From contig NC_079166.1 of assembly GCF_947568905.1 (NCBI RefSeq), positions 36,704,001 through 36,768,000 on the forward strand: a stretch of DNA of 64,000 bases, read 5' to 3'. The translations under genes were made by a program, and so were the position numbers. This DNA comes from Ostrea edulis (lineage: Eukaryota). A model generated the notes under the pieces. The model was given only the letters and a program-made list of their open reading frames with translations, was not told the DNA's origin and ran no database searches. Positions 24,660 through 37,500 of the stretch are shown here, piece by piece; positions within the stretch are counted from its first letter, which is position 1; each line of letters begins with the position of its first letter.

Positions 24660-24862
24660 CTGCCGGTGAAGGGCTGCAAAATTTAGGCCTATGCTAGGCG
24701 CTTATGGCCATTGAGCAGGGAGGGATCTTTATCGTGTCACACCTGCTGCGACACGGGTCCTCGGTTTTTGCGGTCTCATACGAAGGACCGCCCCAATTAG
24801 TCGCTTCTTACGACAAGCAAGGGGGTACTGAGGACCTATTCTAACCCGGATCCCCACAGGAT
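24593..24862 (-). mobile_element. Full-length SINE-like element with 11-bp target-site duplication
   Basis: About 270 nt with an (AATC)n tail. TGCTATTTAAG flanks it at 24583-24593 and 24863-24873. Confidence 0.85.
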
Positions 24863-25224
24863 TGCTATTTAAGAAAAAGAATCACAACTCCTCATTGAGG
24901 AAGTTGAAATTTTAGCAGAGCATGAATCAAAACATTTGGGGTAATTTTCAAATCATTTAATTTTACATGTTACACCTTTTTCATTGGTTGAAAAATTATT
25001 GGAATATCGCATCCAACGAAAAAAAAAATGACCGGATCTACTTTCTATTGCAATGTTGGAGATTCCTCTGGATGCTTCGTATTTATATATAGATTAGGGA
25101 ATCCTGAAAAGAAAAACTTAACATTTCTATCGGTCTATATAAATTTATTAAACAAATACAAAAAAATATCAAATATAAATAATAATTAATTATGCAAAAT
25201 GAAATAAACATGGCTATTTGAGGA

Positions 25225-25256
<32 letters not shown>

Positions 25257-25548
25257 ATAACAACACACGTCTGCTTCTGCAATTCCGGGCTGAGAATTAA
25301 ACGTATTCAACCGGGGATGACAATAGTCCAGTTTGCACCTTGCAACAACTTCCTTCATGTCACAAACCCAAATACCAGATACATTTTTCTATAACCCGGT
25401 CCTGTAATCTTTGTTTGACAGCAACAGTGATCTATTTTTTATTGTGATCGTACACAAAATGATCTTTCCAAATATTGGACAAACACGACGACAGATAACG
25501 GAACTTATCATTATATAATTTGGGGTACTACTTTTTAGCTAAAGTAGT

Positions 25549-25819
25549 CCTGTGAGGATCCGGGTTAGAATAGGTCCTCAGTACCCCTTGCTTGTCGTTA
25601 GAGGCGACTAAATGGGGCGGTACTTAAGATGAGACCGCAAAAACCGAGGCCCCGTGTCACAGCAGGTGTTGTACGTTAAAGATCCCCCCTGCTCAGAGGC
25701 TGTAAACGCCAGGCATACGTCTAAATTTTGCAGCCCTTCACCGGCAATGGTGGCGTCTCCATATGAGTGAAATATTCTCGAGAGCGACGTTAAACAAATT
25801 ATATACAATTAATCAATCA
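25549..25819 (+). mobile_element. Full-length SINE-like element, same family, opposite orientation
   Basis: GATCCGGGTTAGAATAGGTCCTCAGTACCCCTTGCTTGTC...ATATGAGTGAAATATTCTCGAG...AATCAATC. TAAAGTA occurs on both flanks. Confidence 0.85.
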
Positions 25820-25849
25820 GATAAAGTATATGATTTTTTTAAAAAAAAA

Positions 25850-26200
25850 TTAATGAACACTTTCAATGATATCAGGGTTTTCAAAACCCCATACTTCACA
25901 ATCATATAAGAAAACTGGCACCACCATATTATCGAATAAATCTAACGGACATTCGACAGGAAGGTTAAATTGCCTAATTTTCCTTATTACACCATACCTT
26001 GCGGTTATAGCGTAATCACATATACGTTTTCTAGCTTTCTTGTCAAATCTATATTTTAATATGCTGTTTAAAAAATGTCCCATTGGCACCAATTACTGTG
26101 ATTTCCCTATGATTATTAGGATTGTGAATTGCAGATATACCTGAATACTATAATTTTGGATATTCTTCATTAGAAAGAATAATTTTCACGACAGAGTAGA
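25850..26200 (-). mobile_element. Degenerate non-LTR retrotransposon (LINE) RT C-terminal fragment
   Basis: LDLFDNMVVPVFLYDCEVWGFENPDIIESVH resembles the post-RT LF..LV.P.LLYG.EVWG motif, also seen at about 34170-34210. Boundaries are approximate. Confidence 0.7.
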
Positions 26201-26830
26201 AGAATGCCCTGTCCACCTACCGCCGTATTACATGTGATCATCATAGCGGCATTTCTGTCATCATTCGTCGGATGTCAGATAATTATGTCGACTAGTCAGT
26301 TGATTATACCAGCTTGTCGGAGGAAAATCTTCGTTCATATTCTCTTATCATGTTTTAATTCTGATATGCTATCGTCATTTGCTGACATCTACTTTTCTTC
26401 TTAATACCGTATAAATAGTATTTTTAACGAGACACAAATTCAGCGATTTGTCCAAGAATTATGGGTATACATGTATATATATTTAGCAAGAGTATATTTC
26501 AGCGACTTTATAATTCCAAGAAATATCAGTGGCTATTACCTCCGATATACAAAAAATATTAGCGATATTCAATTTTAGCGACCTCAACACTGTCGCTAAT
26601 AATGTCAAAATTAAATCCTCACTAAAATTTCTACTTATACGGTATCTGACAAGTCAATATAGAGATCTGAAAAGTCGACATACATGTATTATCTTAGTCA
26701 ACATAATTATCTGACAAGACGACAAAAAGATTATTATGTCGACTTGTCATATATATATATTTTACTTTAGATTCTATTGAGAATACTCGGGTTTTCAAAA
26801 AGCCATAAAAACCCACTCCGTATCTCTAGC

Positions 26831-28330
26831 TCAGACTGCATACGAGTATATCAGGCGCCACATCCTTTTACAAATTGAAATGTACGTAAACCGAAAATGT
26901 AAACAAACAAAAACCTCAAGAATTTGGAGTGCATTATACATGTATATGAAATATATGCAATAAAAAGGTTCTTGACTGAATATTGGGAAATGGTCCCTGA
27001 GAGGAAACAAACCTCGCAAGTTCTGTCCTCTATTTACCGCGCAAAGTCCTCGGACGGGTATATTTCCCGATATTCAGTCAATAACCTATAGATATAAATT
27101 GCATGCAATATGTCTTTAGAAATATACACGATAAACCACTTACTGCAAATGCTGTATCTTTCCATTTCTTCGATGCTGTCTGTTGTTGTATATAAATTGA
27201 ATTTTAGATTGGGGAATGCATGTTGCAGAAAATAAAACTTTCCAGTCATGCGTCATAATATACGAATGTTCATGGACCGGAAACCTACATCCATCTAACT
27301 AACTCCATCCAGATAGGTTACCCCCAGATTCTCCAAAATCTTCTCTAGTGTTGTCAATCATGTGGGATTTTTTCTGTACATATGAAATTATACAAACAAA
27401 CAAACGAAAAACAACATCAATCAAATGCATAAGCTATATAGCGGAGGTGATAGATTACAGCGATGCAACTAGGCGTTGACTTGACCATAGCGTCATCAGA
27501 TATACAGTGTACGGGGCGGGGGTTGAACATTTTGTGGTAAGGAAGTTGTGTCTTAATTCCCTTTGCTTGATCTTAGAGACATAGTTATCAATGTTAACTA
27601 CGTTAGGCAGTAGTCTGTTAGATACTCCATTAAATCGATCTCACGCTTTCAAGAAGATAATGTTTTCTTCCATCCAAATGTCAGAATTATCGTATAAAAA
27701 GTATTTCAGCGCTTAGAGCACTGTCACCTTGTGCAAGGCAATCCCGTTCTGTGTTGTCAAAAAAAAAACCCTTCCAAACTCCCTGCAGACAGACGATATA
27801 TATATGTCGCATCAACACGACTCGCCGTGCAGCTAGCCAATGATGTACTGTGTGTGTATTGTATAGACACGAAATATTGTGTTGCATAGAGGAAAAAAAT
27901 TTCTCTGTATGAAATAATTACAAGATGTAAAATATACCAGCAGCACCAATCTATCTGACACCCGACACATGTGCTAGTGATTTATGAAGTAGTAAATACC
28001 TAATTGTGAGCTTTTGGCGAGTAGAGCAACAATATTTATGCCGAGGAACAAGTATTGGTAAAGTGAACTGGGCATCTGGTAATTCGTCGTAAGATGTATG
28101 AGAATTCGGAGTGATTCCACTTTTGGTGCCCAGTGTCCGCAGAATGCGACATTTCGATAAACTGGAAATCCGAGGAAGCGAGGGAAATCTATATCGTATG
28201 ACACGATGAGTTTAAATCATAGAGATCCCGCAAGTTCGGACGTTTACATTGGTAATACGTAATGAAACTGCTGTGATCGCGTTTGTGTGAAGTCTAATCG
28301 ACAGGGTCGGGGTACGAGTTGACCTGGCAT
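26831..28330 (-). other. Candidate multi-exon transcription unit, reading frame unresolved
   Basis: Chain of GT-AG segments: 28330-28248, 28188-28000, 27782-27728, 27373-27304, 27179-27144, and one starting at 27085. One splicing path gives an open 146-aa ORF. I recognise no family. Confidence 0.3.
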
Positions 28331-28587
28331 CGGTTGGAGAGAGAGAGAGCGATCTTTTTTGGTCGCTGGGGAAATATTTGGGGGTGAGGTGAAGGAAAAC
28401 AGAAACAATAATTTTAATTTCGCGACAGTGAAGATTTATACAAAAATAAGTCAATCAAAAAAGGTGATTGAGGAGCTTATTGCATGGGGACATTTTTGCT
28501 GTAAACTTTGTAGAAGTTTGAATATACCGCGGGATACATTTTTCGGAGTTTGATATATCGGATTTTTGAAGGCAGAAGAATGGCATA

Positions 28588-31500
28588 ATGTCTAGTCTGC
28601 CACTTTACAATGTCCAGGCCAGGTTTAAATTTTACGTTAATGAAGAGAGCCTCATTAGAGAATGGAAATCATCAGCAAAATCGAACACCCATCTTACGAC
28701 TTTCCTTGAAGGAATCCTGCTAAAAAGCCTTGAGAAAAATGGTGAGTAGGGGAAAAAAAAGGCTGTATATTGTTATATTGATCGCCGTGACAAGAAATGT
28801 GATATTGTCGATGGTACACTATTTGTTTTGATACAACTTGTTGCATTCTTGGCATAATTCGGACTTCTCTATTTCAAAATTTCCCTCTATGATTTTTAAA
28901 AATTGATGTTTGATATGTCGACATTCTGTATCTATTTCATAGTTTAGATACAACGCGACACATATATGCCAGCCTGTGGATGAATTTTTTATGCACTATT
29001 GCCCGTGAATCTGTATCGACCAAATAAAAAATTCCTATTTCCCCCCCAAATTACAACAATTTATTTTTATTAACTAAATGTTTTATAGGGATTATATCAA
29101 ATAGACATGAAACATCATTTATATGCATACATGGACCAACGCGCATTTTTGACATTTCAGTAATTGTCGCTAATCAACTTTTTCATATATCGATCAGAAT
29201 AAAATGGAAATCCTCGAATACAGTTTCTCTCTCCAATCAATGCTGCAGTAAAAATATTTTATCAATCACATCAAAATATTTTTTCAGCGTTTTTATCAGT
29301 TATATGCTGTAATTGTAATGAAATCGTTAAGATTATGTTGTTTCAATCGAACTTCGCAGAAAATAACAAAAATGTAAATGAGCCTCGCGACGTTTTGGCG
29401 CAAAACACATAAGAGTTATACTATCACAGAATAGCGAAAAGTATGTCTATTATGTCCTAGTGTACGATAACACCATAAATACTGCATCCTTCCTGAAACT
29501 AGTGTGGGTAGTCATTCCATTCAGATAGTTGTCATAAAAATTAGATTTTAGTAGAGAATCAAAATAATATGCAGCCATGTTTGTACGATTTGCAGACATG
29601 ACTCGTCTGTAAATTTGGGATTAAGGGAGATTATAGGTATGCCAGTATATACAAATGTTTAGATGAAGCATTATAGAGTTGTATCTGCACTCGGTCAACT
29701 ACACTTATCTATCAATTGCTGGTGTGAGAAAACGCTACTCGTGAAATTTTCAAGATGAAATACATTTCTTGAAATATTTTAAATTCTTTAAACTACGAAA
29801 CCTTAATAAATGTATGTAAAAATAAAGATTTTAAGAAAGCTTTAGGCAGACAAGTTTGCATATACGCGTGCTCGGTGAATTTCTTGAATAATCCTAGATC
29901 TTTAGTCCGTCAGATGGCGCTTTGCTAATTATGAAACCATTAACATGTACAGAATGCTTATATGCGTAATTAGGTACTCATGAGTTGATCTATGTCAGTT
30001 TAGCTTCTGCATTCATATCCAGAAAACAATACTCAATTTATTCCTGTAGCAAATGGTACAATGTAACTATTACAGTACAAACACGTGTTCGATATTTCAG
30101 GCAGGTATACTGACATTACACACACCATGCAGCGGTAGCCAAATATTCTAAATGACAATTAGCTAAAAATGCTGTTTTACGGTTCAAATAAGATATCTAA
30201 AGAGTGATAACATGTTACGAAGGTCAAGGTCACATGTCAGTGTCAAGGCCAGTTTAGCCACAATACTTGTAGATGTAGTGTTTAATAAACCCATCTTGTT
30301 TATGTTAACGTTGAATACAAAAATTTAGCATATGCCATTATCAATTTAAAATATATCATTTAGAAGATTGGCATATAATATTTTAAATTAAAATCTGTTT
30401 TGAACTACTTTGTAGGAACGAATTTCTTGTTTTCGAGTATTTTCTCTTTTTTTATCGCCCAAAATTTTAATCTTCCAATATTTCGTTTTAGTAGATTGCA
30501 AACACTCCTCTTTACCTGCAAATGATTAAATTCAATGAAATAAATACTTTAAACTCTACAACTGAAGTATGGTGGAAGTCCGCAAACATATGTCCAAGTG
30601 TTAATGAAGTATAAAATGGGGTGTAGTTGTAATATTCACGTTACTGAGGCGATACTCTGAAGTGCTTGTGCGATTGCAGTAATATATTCAGGAATTTGCT
30701 TCACTCAATGTGCTGGGTTACCTTGGTTAAACGGTCAACAAACTGAGCTGGTGTCCATATGGTACCAATGTGGTGATCTACATGTGTGTCAGTTTGGCAT
30801 CACCAGATACATTGCTAATATATTCCTACGTCAAGTGGGAATCATTTCAAAGACATGTGTTAGCTATTTCAGGCACGTGGAGTGACATGTGTATGATTTT
30901 ACTACAATACAGCTTCAACCAAAATTCTTAATGAAGCTTGACCCCCCCCCCCCCCCGTTCATCCCACCACTTAAATTCTATATGAAGCTTGACCCCCACC
31001 CCACCCCCTTCATCCCACCACGTAAATTCTAAATGAACCTTAACCAACCAACCCCCCTCATCCTACCACTTAAACTCTGTTTCATGGCTTAAAGCAATAC
31101 GGTTATACCAGCTGTCATTTTGGTGTCGAAAAATTTTGTTGTTGCAAAATTGTGATTTGATATTTTATTGACAGAAAAGAAAATAACGGTTTATAAACTT
31201 TGTAATTAATAATTGTGTTAGAAATCCTATCCAGAGGCTCAGAATGAAGCAAAATTACGTTATTGCCTTCCTGTACAAAGAGTGATATCTAAATAATGCT
31301 TCATTGTGTACATCTTTATCTTATATTTTGATAAGATCTTTAACTTAGTTTTAATTTTACCGATGACTAAGGTTAAAGTTACATAAAAACTATCATAATA
31401 GCACATTTTTACAACAAAATAAAATTTTCAGATTTAAAGTTAATATTCATTTAAACACGTATATTTGCTGTGTAAAATCGACAGTGAAATTAGCCCTAAT

Positions 31501-34500
31501 GTTATTTCATTTGTGACCATTTTCGAATAATGGCATCATGCACACCAATCGGCTAAACCAAGAAAACTTTCTGGAAAGGGTGGCGTCATCAACTCAGGTA
31601 TAACAGATACCAACATGTATGTGCAATGTGTGTGAAAGATAGATGAGGTGTTCATTTCCAACCAATGTTTGCATTCCAGAGCACTGCATCCCAGTCTTAT
31701 AGGTGAAATAGTAACGACCTACAAGTCACAGAAACTCTCGAGAATCAAAGAGGATTTTATATACTGTGGTACATAAATAATTTTAGGCTTGGTTCTTTCA
31801 ATTGACTGGTTTTAACGAAATATAGCAGCATTTCCCCCCAAGCAATCTGATGACACTAACATTTTCTTTGGTGCACTACCTGATGCCCTTTGGGTTTTAT
31901 TGTTGTTTATCCTGTAGTGGGAGGTATTCACGTGCATGTAACTGTAACGTTCCCACAGCTGCGTGAGAGACAGTATTTGGCTACATGAAGTCGGTCTGAC
32001 GTAGCAGTCGTAATGGTGTGAGACGTGTGTGTGAAATGGAACATTCGGAAACTATCTCTTTGAATTCATACATCTTACTTGTAATACCGGAAAGAGTTTC
32101 AATTTTGAATCGAAGTCATTGCAATGATAAAGTGTTCATATACATGTATAACAAATTGAAACTGTGATAGCATAGGAACTATTTCATGTTATTTTCCTTA
32201 CTGTGAAGCCCTACATGATGTCAAAGTCGAACGAAGTCATCGCAAACTTCATTTCATTTCAACGATAACATGATCTTGAACAGTTCACTGTAGAATAAAA
32301 AAGATTTATCTTTAATTCAAAAGCTGGGTGTTCAGATATATTAACAATAGTTCTAAAGAGCTCTTCGACGTATGTTCTATGTTCCTTTAAAAATGATACC
32401 ATTAAAAATTGCAAGATGAAACATATATCTTCTCTAGCTGCGGAGTATTCAGCGAGTATTTAGAGAGAACCGTAACACAGTACTCATTTAGCCAGCAGCA
32501 GTGACATTTTTCTTGTCAGTTTCCTTCTGTAGCATTGCTGTCAATATGATTTATTTATATCAAAAATGTAGAACAGAGCTAGCGTACTTACCAGTTTCCT
32601 TCAAATTAGATAAAGGGTGTGCGGAAACGTAAAAAGCGAGAATTTAGAAAAGGTATTCTAGACAAACGAGATCAAATGAATGAAATTAATCTTAAAGAAT
32701 ATTGGAAATAGTCAAATCTCTACGTGAAACTAAAGGGGAAAATAATTTCGAGAAGGTTATTGATGGGAATACATGGTTTGGGTATTTTACTTCTTTATCT
32801 AAATTACCAAATCAGTACAAGGACAGAGTCGAGATTATAGAAACCGAAAATTAGAAATTAAAAAAAAGAAGAAGTCTGGATTGTAACTCTCGTAGCAGTT
32901 GGATTTCAAGATATCTCTGTCTGAAGTTCAAAAGACCATATTTACCTAATATCTACCTTAAAGTCGTGTAAAAGTCCTGGCTTAGGCAACTTCGCAAATG
33001 AAATAATAAAAGCAGCTCAAATATAAAAAAAAATCCTAGTATCTTAAATCTATTCAATATTGTCTTAACATCAGGAATCTATCCAGAAAAGTGGTTAGAA
33101 AGTTATACAACACCCATTTTTAAATCGGTCATTCCAAAGCTCCCCCAAAACTATAACTAACAGCATAGCAAAACGTTTTTAAATGTCAGGCTTGATACAT
33201 TCTTAAAATGAAAATAAAATTATTCATGATAACCAAATAGGAATTGCAATAAAATCTAGAATATCAGGCCATCTATTTGTTGTGAAATTTTTAATTGACA
33301 AATACATTAACACTGGTAATAAACGACAGTATGCATGTCTTGTATATTTTCGCAAAGCATTTGATACTGTCATTCATGAAGGCATTTAACCAAAACTCCT
33401 ACAATCAAATATCAATGATTTATTCTACAACATATTATGTAGTATGTATAGGCACAACAATATCTTCATAAAGGTAGGAAATAAGTTAGCCCGTCCATAA
33501 ATACCAGAGATAGGAGTTCGACAAGGTGACGTCTTAAGCCCACATTTTTTAAAAATAATTTTAAACGAGTTTTCTATATTACTGGACAAAGAACCCATTA
33601 GCTCTGCCAATCTTTCTGAAAAGAAAATCACCTCATTTCTATAGGTGGATGATCTTGTACTGATGCAAGGTGAAGATAACGAACAGTGATCAATCTCATA
33701 ACTCCTACAAGCAATACGAAATAGATGGTTGGGCAAACACGGACCCCTGGACACACCAGAGGTGGGATCAGGTGCCTAGGAGGAGTAAGCATCCCCTGTT
33801 GACCGGTCACACCCGCCGTGAGCCCCATACCCTGATCCTGATATCAGACAATTAGAATAGACTACAAAACAAACTAAACTTACTTGAAAAATATTGCAAT
33901 GATTGGTGCTGAGAAATTTATACCAATAAGACAAAAGTAGTCATTTTTTATAAACGCGAACATCTAATTAAAGAAAATTTTATGTTTGGTAATACATGCA
34001 TTGAATGTGCTAACAAATATAAATATCTATGTGTAATATGATCCTCATGTGGTTCATTCAAGGCAGCAAAATCTGATATATACAATAAAACTCTCAAGGC
34101 CTCTTTCAAACTTTTTAAAGACATCAAATCTATAGATCCACCCATTAAAACATTTTTACATCTTTTTGACCATTTGGTAAAACTTATTGCCTTGTATGGC
34201 TGTGAAATATGGGAAATACATGTACCTTTAGCACGCATGCTGGAGAAAGTCAGCGATTTATACGATGTCTTTAAAGATTAAGAGGTAGAAAACCTGAATA
34301 TTAAGTTTTGTAAACATCTACAAAGAGCCCGAGAAAAATGTACTAATATTGCAATAATTTAAGAATTACGTAGATAGCCCAAGTTCTGCTCTATGATCCA
34401 TAGTATTTTACTGTATTGGCATAGACTTGATAATTGCCCTGAATCATCCTTGTTATATAGTGTTTATACAGAGAATATCAATCTGAATTCATATAATATA

Positions 34501-37500
34501 AATTGTTGGTATAAAATTATAAATTATTTTAGAAACAAAATTGGCATTCTTTTGGTATCCAATTGTAAAAATCTGAAATTCTCATTTTTCAAAAAACATA
34601 TGAAGAATCGGGTATGAAAGCATTTTTTACTTTACTGGTTAAAAAGACGTGAAGAGGGTCAGAAATCAGTCAAACTTACAGTTCATATTTTTTTGTATAA
34701 AGAAAACTTTGATATGGAAAATTACATGTTTATAAAATCCCTAGAATTAAGAAAAATTCTGTAGATTCCGACTTAGTACACATGACCTATGAATTGAAAG
34801 AGGAAGATATGAATTTGTAAAACGCAATATTGGTCAGACGATTCCTTTGGAAAGAAACAAAAGAAAATGTGAATTATGTAACCTAAATTGTTTAGAAGAT
34901 GAATTTTATTTCCTCACTGATAGCCCATTCTATGTTGAAGAGAGAAACGTACTTTTTCCTGATATATCCAAGCACAATAAAAAATTCATATATCTAATAA
35001 ATAAGGACAAATTTACTTGGTTGATGATTAATGAAGACAAACCAGTAATTGTCAAATTGAGTGAATATCTATTTAAAACTTTCAGAAAAAGAGGGGATGC
35101 TTTAAAACTGCAAAACTCCTTCTAGTTTATTATTCATATGTTGGTGATATCGTCCATCTACTTAGTGTATGTATATACACCCGATTTGCACATCATATAT
35201 GTACTTGTTTCCTCAGATGTTGCATCTACACGTAGTTTGTAGTTAAAGTGCATGGTAATCTTTTTCTGAAATTTCTTTCATTATAAAATTATAAACTGTC
35301 TTTGCTATTATGCCCTCTGGGCCCAAAATTGGAATAAACCTATCTTACATGTATATATAGTTATTATAACTCTTCATCTTGAAAATCACCAGGAGCAACA
35401 TCATGATTAACCAGTGTGATGACCATTTGAAATTCAATTTAAAATCACACAGTAATTTTATTACTCTAAAATATAGTCACTGTTAGATATTCGCAATTCA
35501 AAAAGGTCAAGTTCACTTAAATCATCATGCGATCTCTCTGCAATTGTTTATATGTCATGACATGCGGATGACTGAATCAAATTTTATTCCTCTTGTGCAA
35601 CTGATGTAGTTTTTATCCAGCATTAAATTATTCAAATGCTGCACTCTAAAAACAATGTTTAGGTTTGGAACACTTTTTAAACGTGTTTAGGTCTAAACGT
35701 GTTTAGGATTGTGCTTATATCCTAAACGCGAAGTGTAATAAACATGTTCTACCCTAAACATGTTCAGACTGAGAACATGTTTAGCTATGCAAAAATACAG
35801 TATCTAAACACAAAATAACATGCTAAACACATTCCTAAACGTCTAAACACAATCCTAAACGTCTATGCGTTTAGGTTTTGAACATGATAAGCTTAGTAAC
35901 ATTGTTGACATTAGTTTTACAGTCTTCATGTAGAATATTCCTGTCTTCTGTAAATGAAATTCGAATTGCAGAAAAAATTGCATGTCAGAATTGCCATACT
36001 TCAAACTGCTATAGTGTACCAGGTCCCGATAGTGACCATAGTGTACATCATACGCCGTATTGCAAGTATACACTGTCGAGGTCGATATCCAAAATTGATG
36101 GAACCATTAGAAGAGCCGTCTATGGGCTTCAACCCTTTCCTGTTGGAAATGAGCAGAGTTTAGGAGTATCCAGAAAATTTTATCTGGAATTCCATTTCAA
36201 CTTGAACAGGTCTGGACACATACATATTGAATTTAAAAAAATAGTGTAATTCATTGTCTCTGGTATTAGACGTGCCTTTAGTGCTAATTTAAACCAATGC
36301 ATCACTCTTACTTTGCATTGGAACAAAATTCATTTAAATCTTGTGAAAGAGAACATCAGTTGCAATTGATGCCCCCCCCCTTTTTTTTTTAATTCAACAT
36401 GTGACAGTGCCTGTTATGCGAAAACTAGCATATCAAAGACAAAAAAATTGTTGAAGTTGTACTTGCCGGGTGATATTTAACCATGTATAGTTTACTTCTT
36501 ATATGTGCATAAGTGATTTTTAATGGTTTTGTCTTTAACATGTATCGCGGAAATGTCAACCGTGTTGTTTCGGCAATTAGAATATAGAAATAGACTTGCA
36601 ATGTAATTTGAGAAGAACCGCCCAAACCCGTGTAGTGATTGGGGGGGGGGGGGGGGGGGGGGGGGATTTTTAGTATTTCTGGTCGGGCTCGGAGTCCTCT
36701 GAGCCTGCACGTGATTTTCTCTCTCTCTTACCCGCGAACTCTAGGCAATCGGACGTGTTTTAGAAAGTGCAGCAGTGTAGTTATTGTATTTGTTAACCCC
36801 TTGTAAGTTGTTCTATGTATTTGTGAATATATCTGTTTATAAGTGTTTTCCGGTGTTCTTTGTGTGTAGGAAATCACTTTACCCGCATTGTTCGATTTGA
36901 AACATCATGGATCCCATAGACACAGTTTGTAATGCAAGGGATATTCTTGCTAGATTTTGCAATGTTATTCTCCTATAATAGAAGAGAAAGCTACTATTTA
37001 AGACTCTTTAATGCTGTGGATTGAGTTTTAAATAGAAGGTTAGCAAATCATTTTGTAATTGAGACAAAGTCAAAACCTAAATACAAGGAGAACTAAACAT
37101 GTTCAAAACCTAAACACAAAAGAGGTAAACGTGTTCAAAACCTAAACACAATAAGGGTAAACATGTTCAAAACCTAAACATAATAAGGGTTAAACATGTT
37201 CTACACCTAAACATTAAAAGAATTAAACATGTTCAAACCTAAACACATTGGGTTAAACATGTTTAAAACCTAAACACAGAAAGTGTTAAACATGTTTAGA
37301 TTTAGAACGCGTTCAAAACTGTACACAAGAAATGTGTTTAACTTTGTGTTTAGGATCTAAACACCATTTTTAGAGTGTGTGCCGTGACTACGTAGGCCTA
37401 CACATTGCATGCCATTTAATGATCAGACAATCTGTGTGGTGGGCGCTCTGGTACAGACAGGAGTTTGGTCCTGATTCTTGTTAGACGTTCTAGAGATAGA

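Noticed and set aside
35878-36249. 123-aa ORF with a hydrophobic N-terminus as a secreted peptide
   Set aside because: It begins in the transposon's subterminal repeats and has no recognisable domain. It is treated only as possible cargo.
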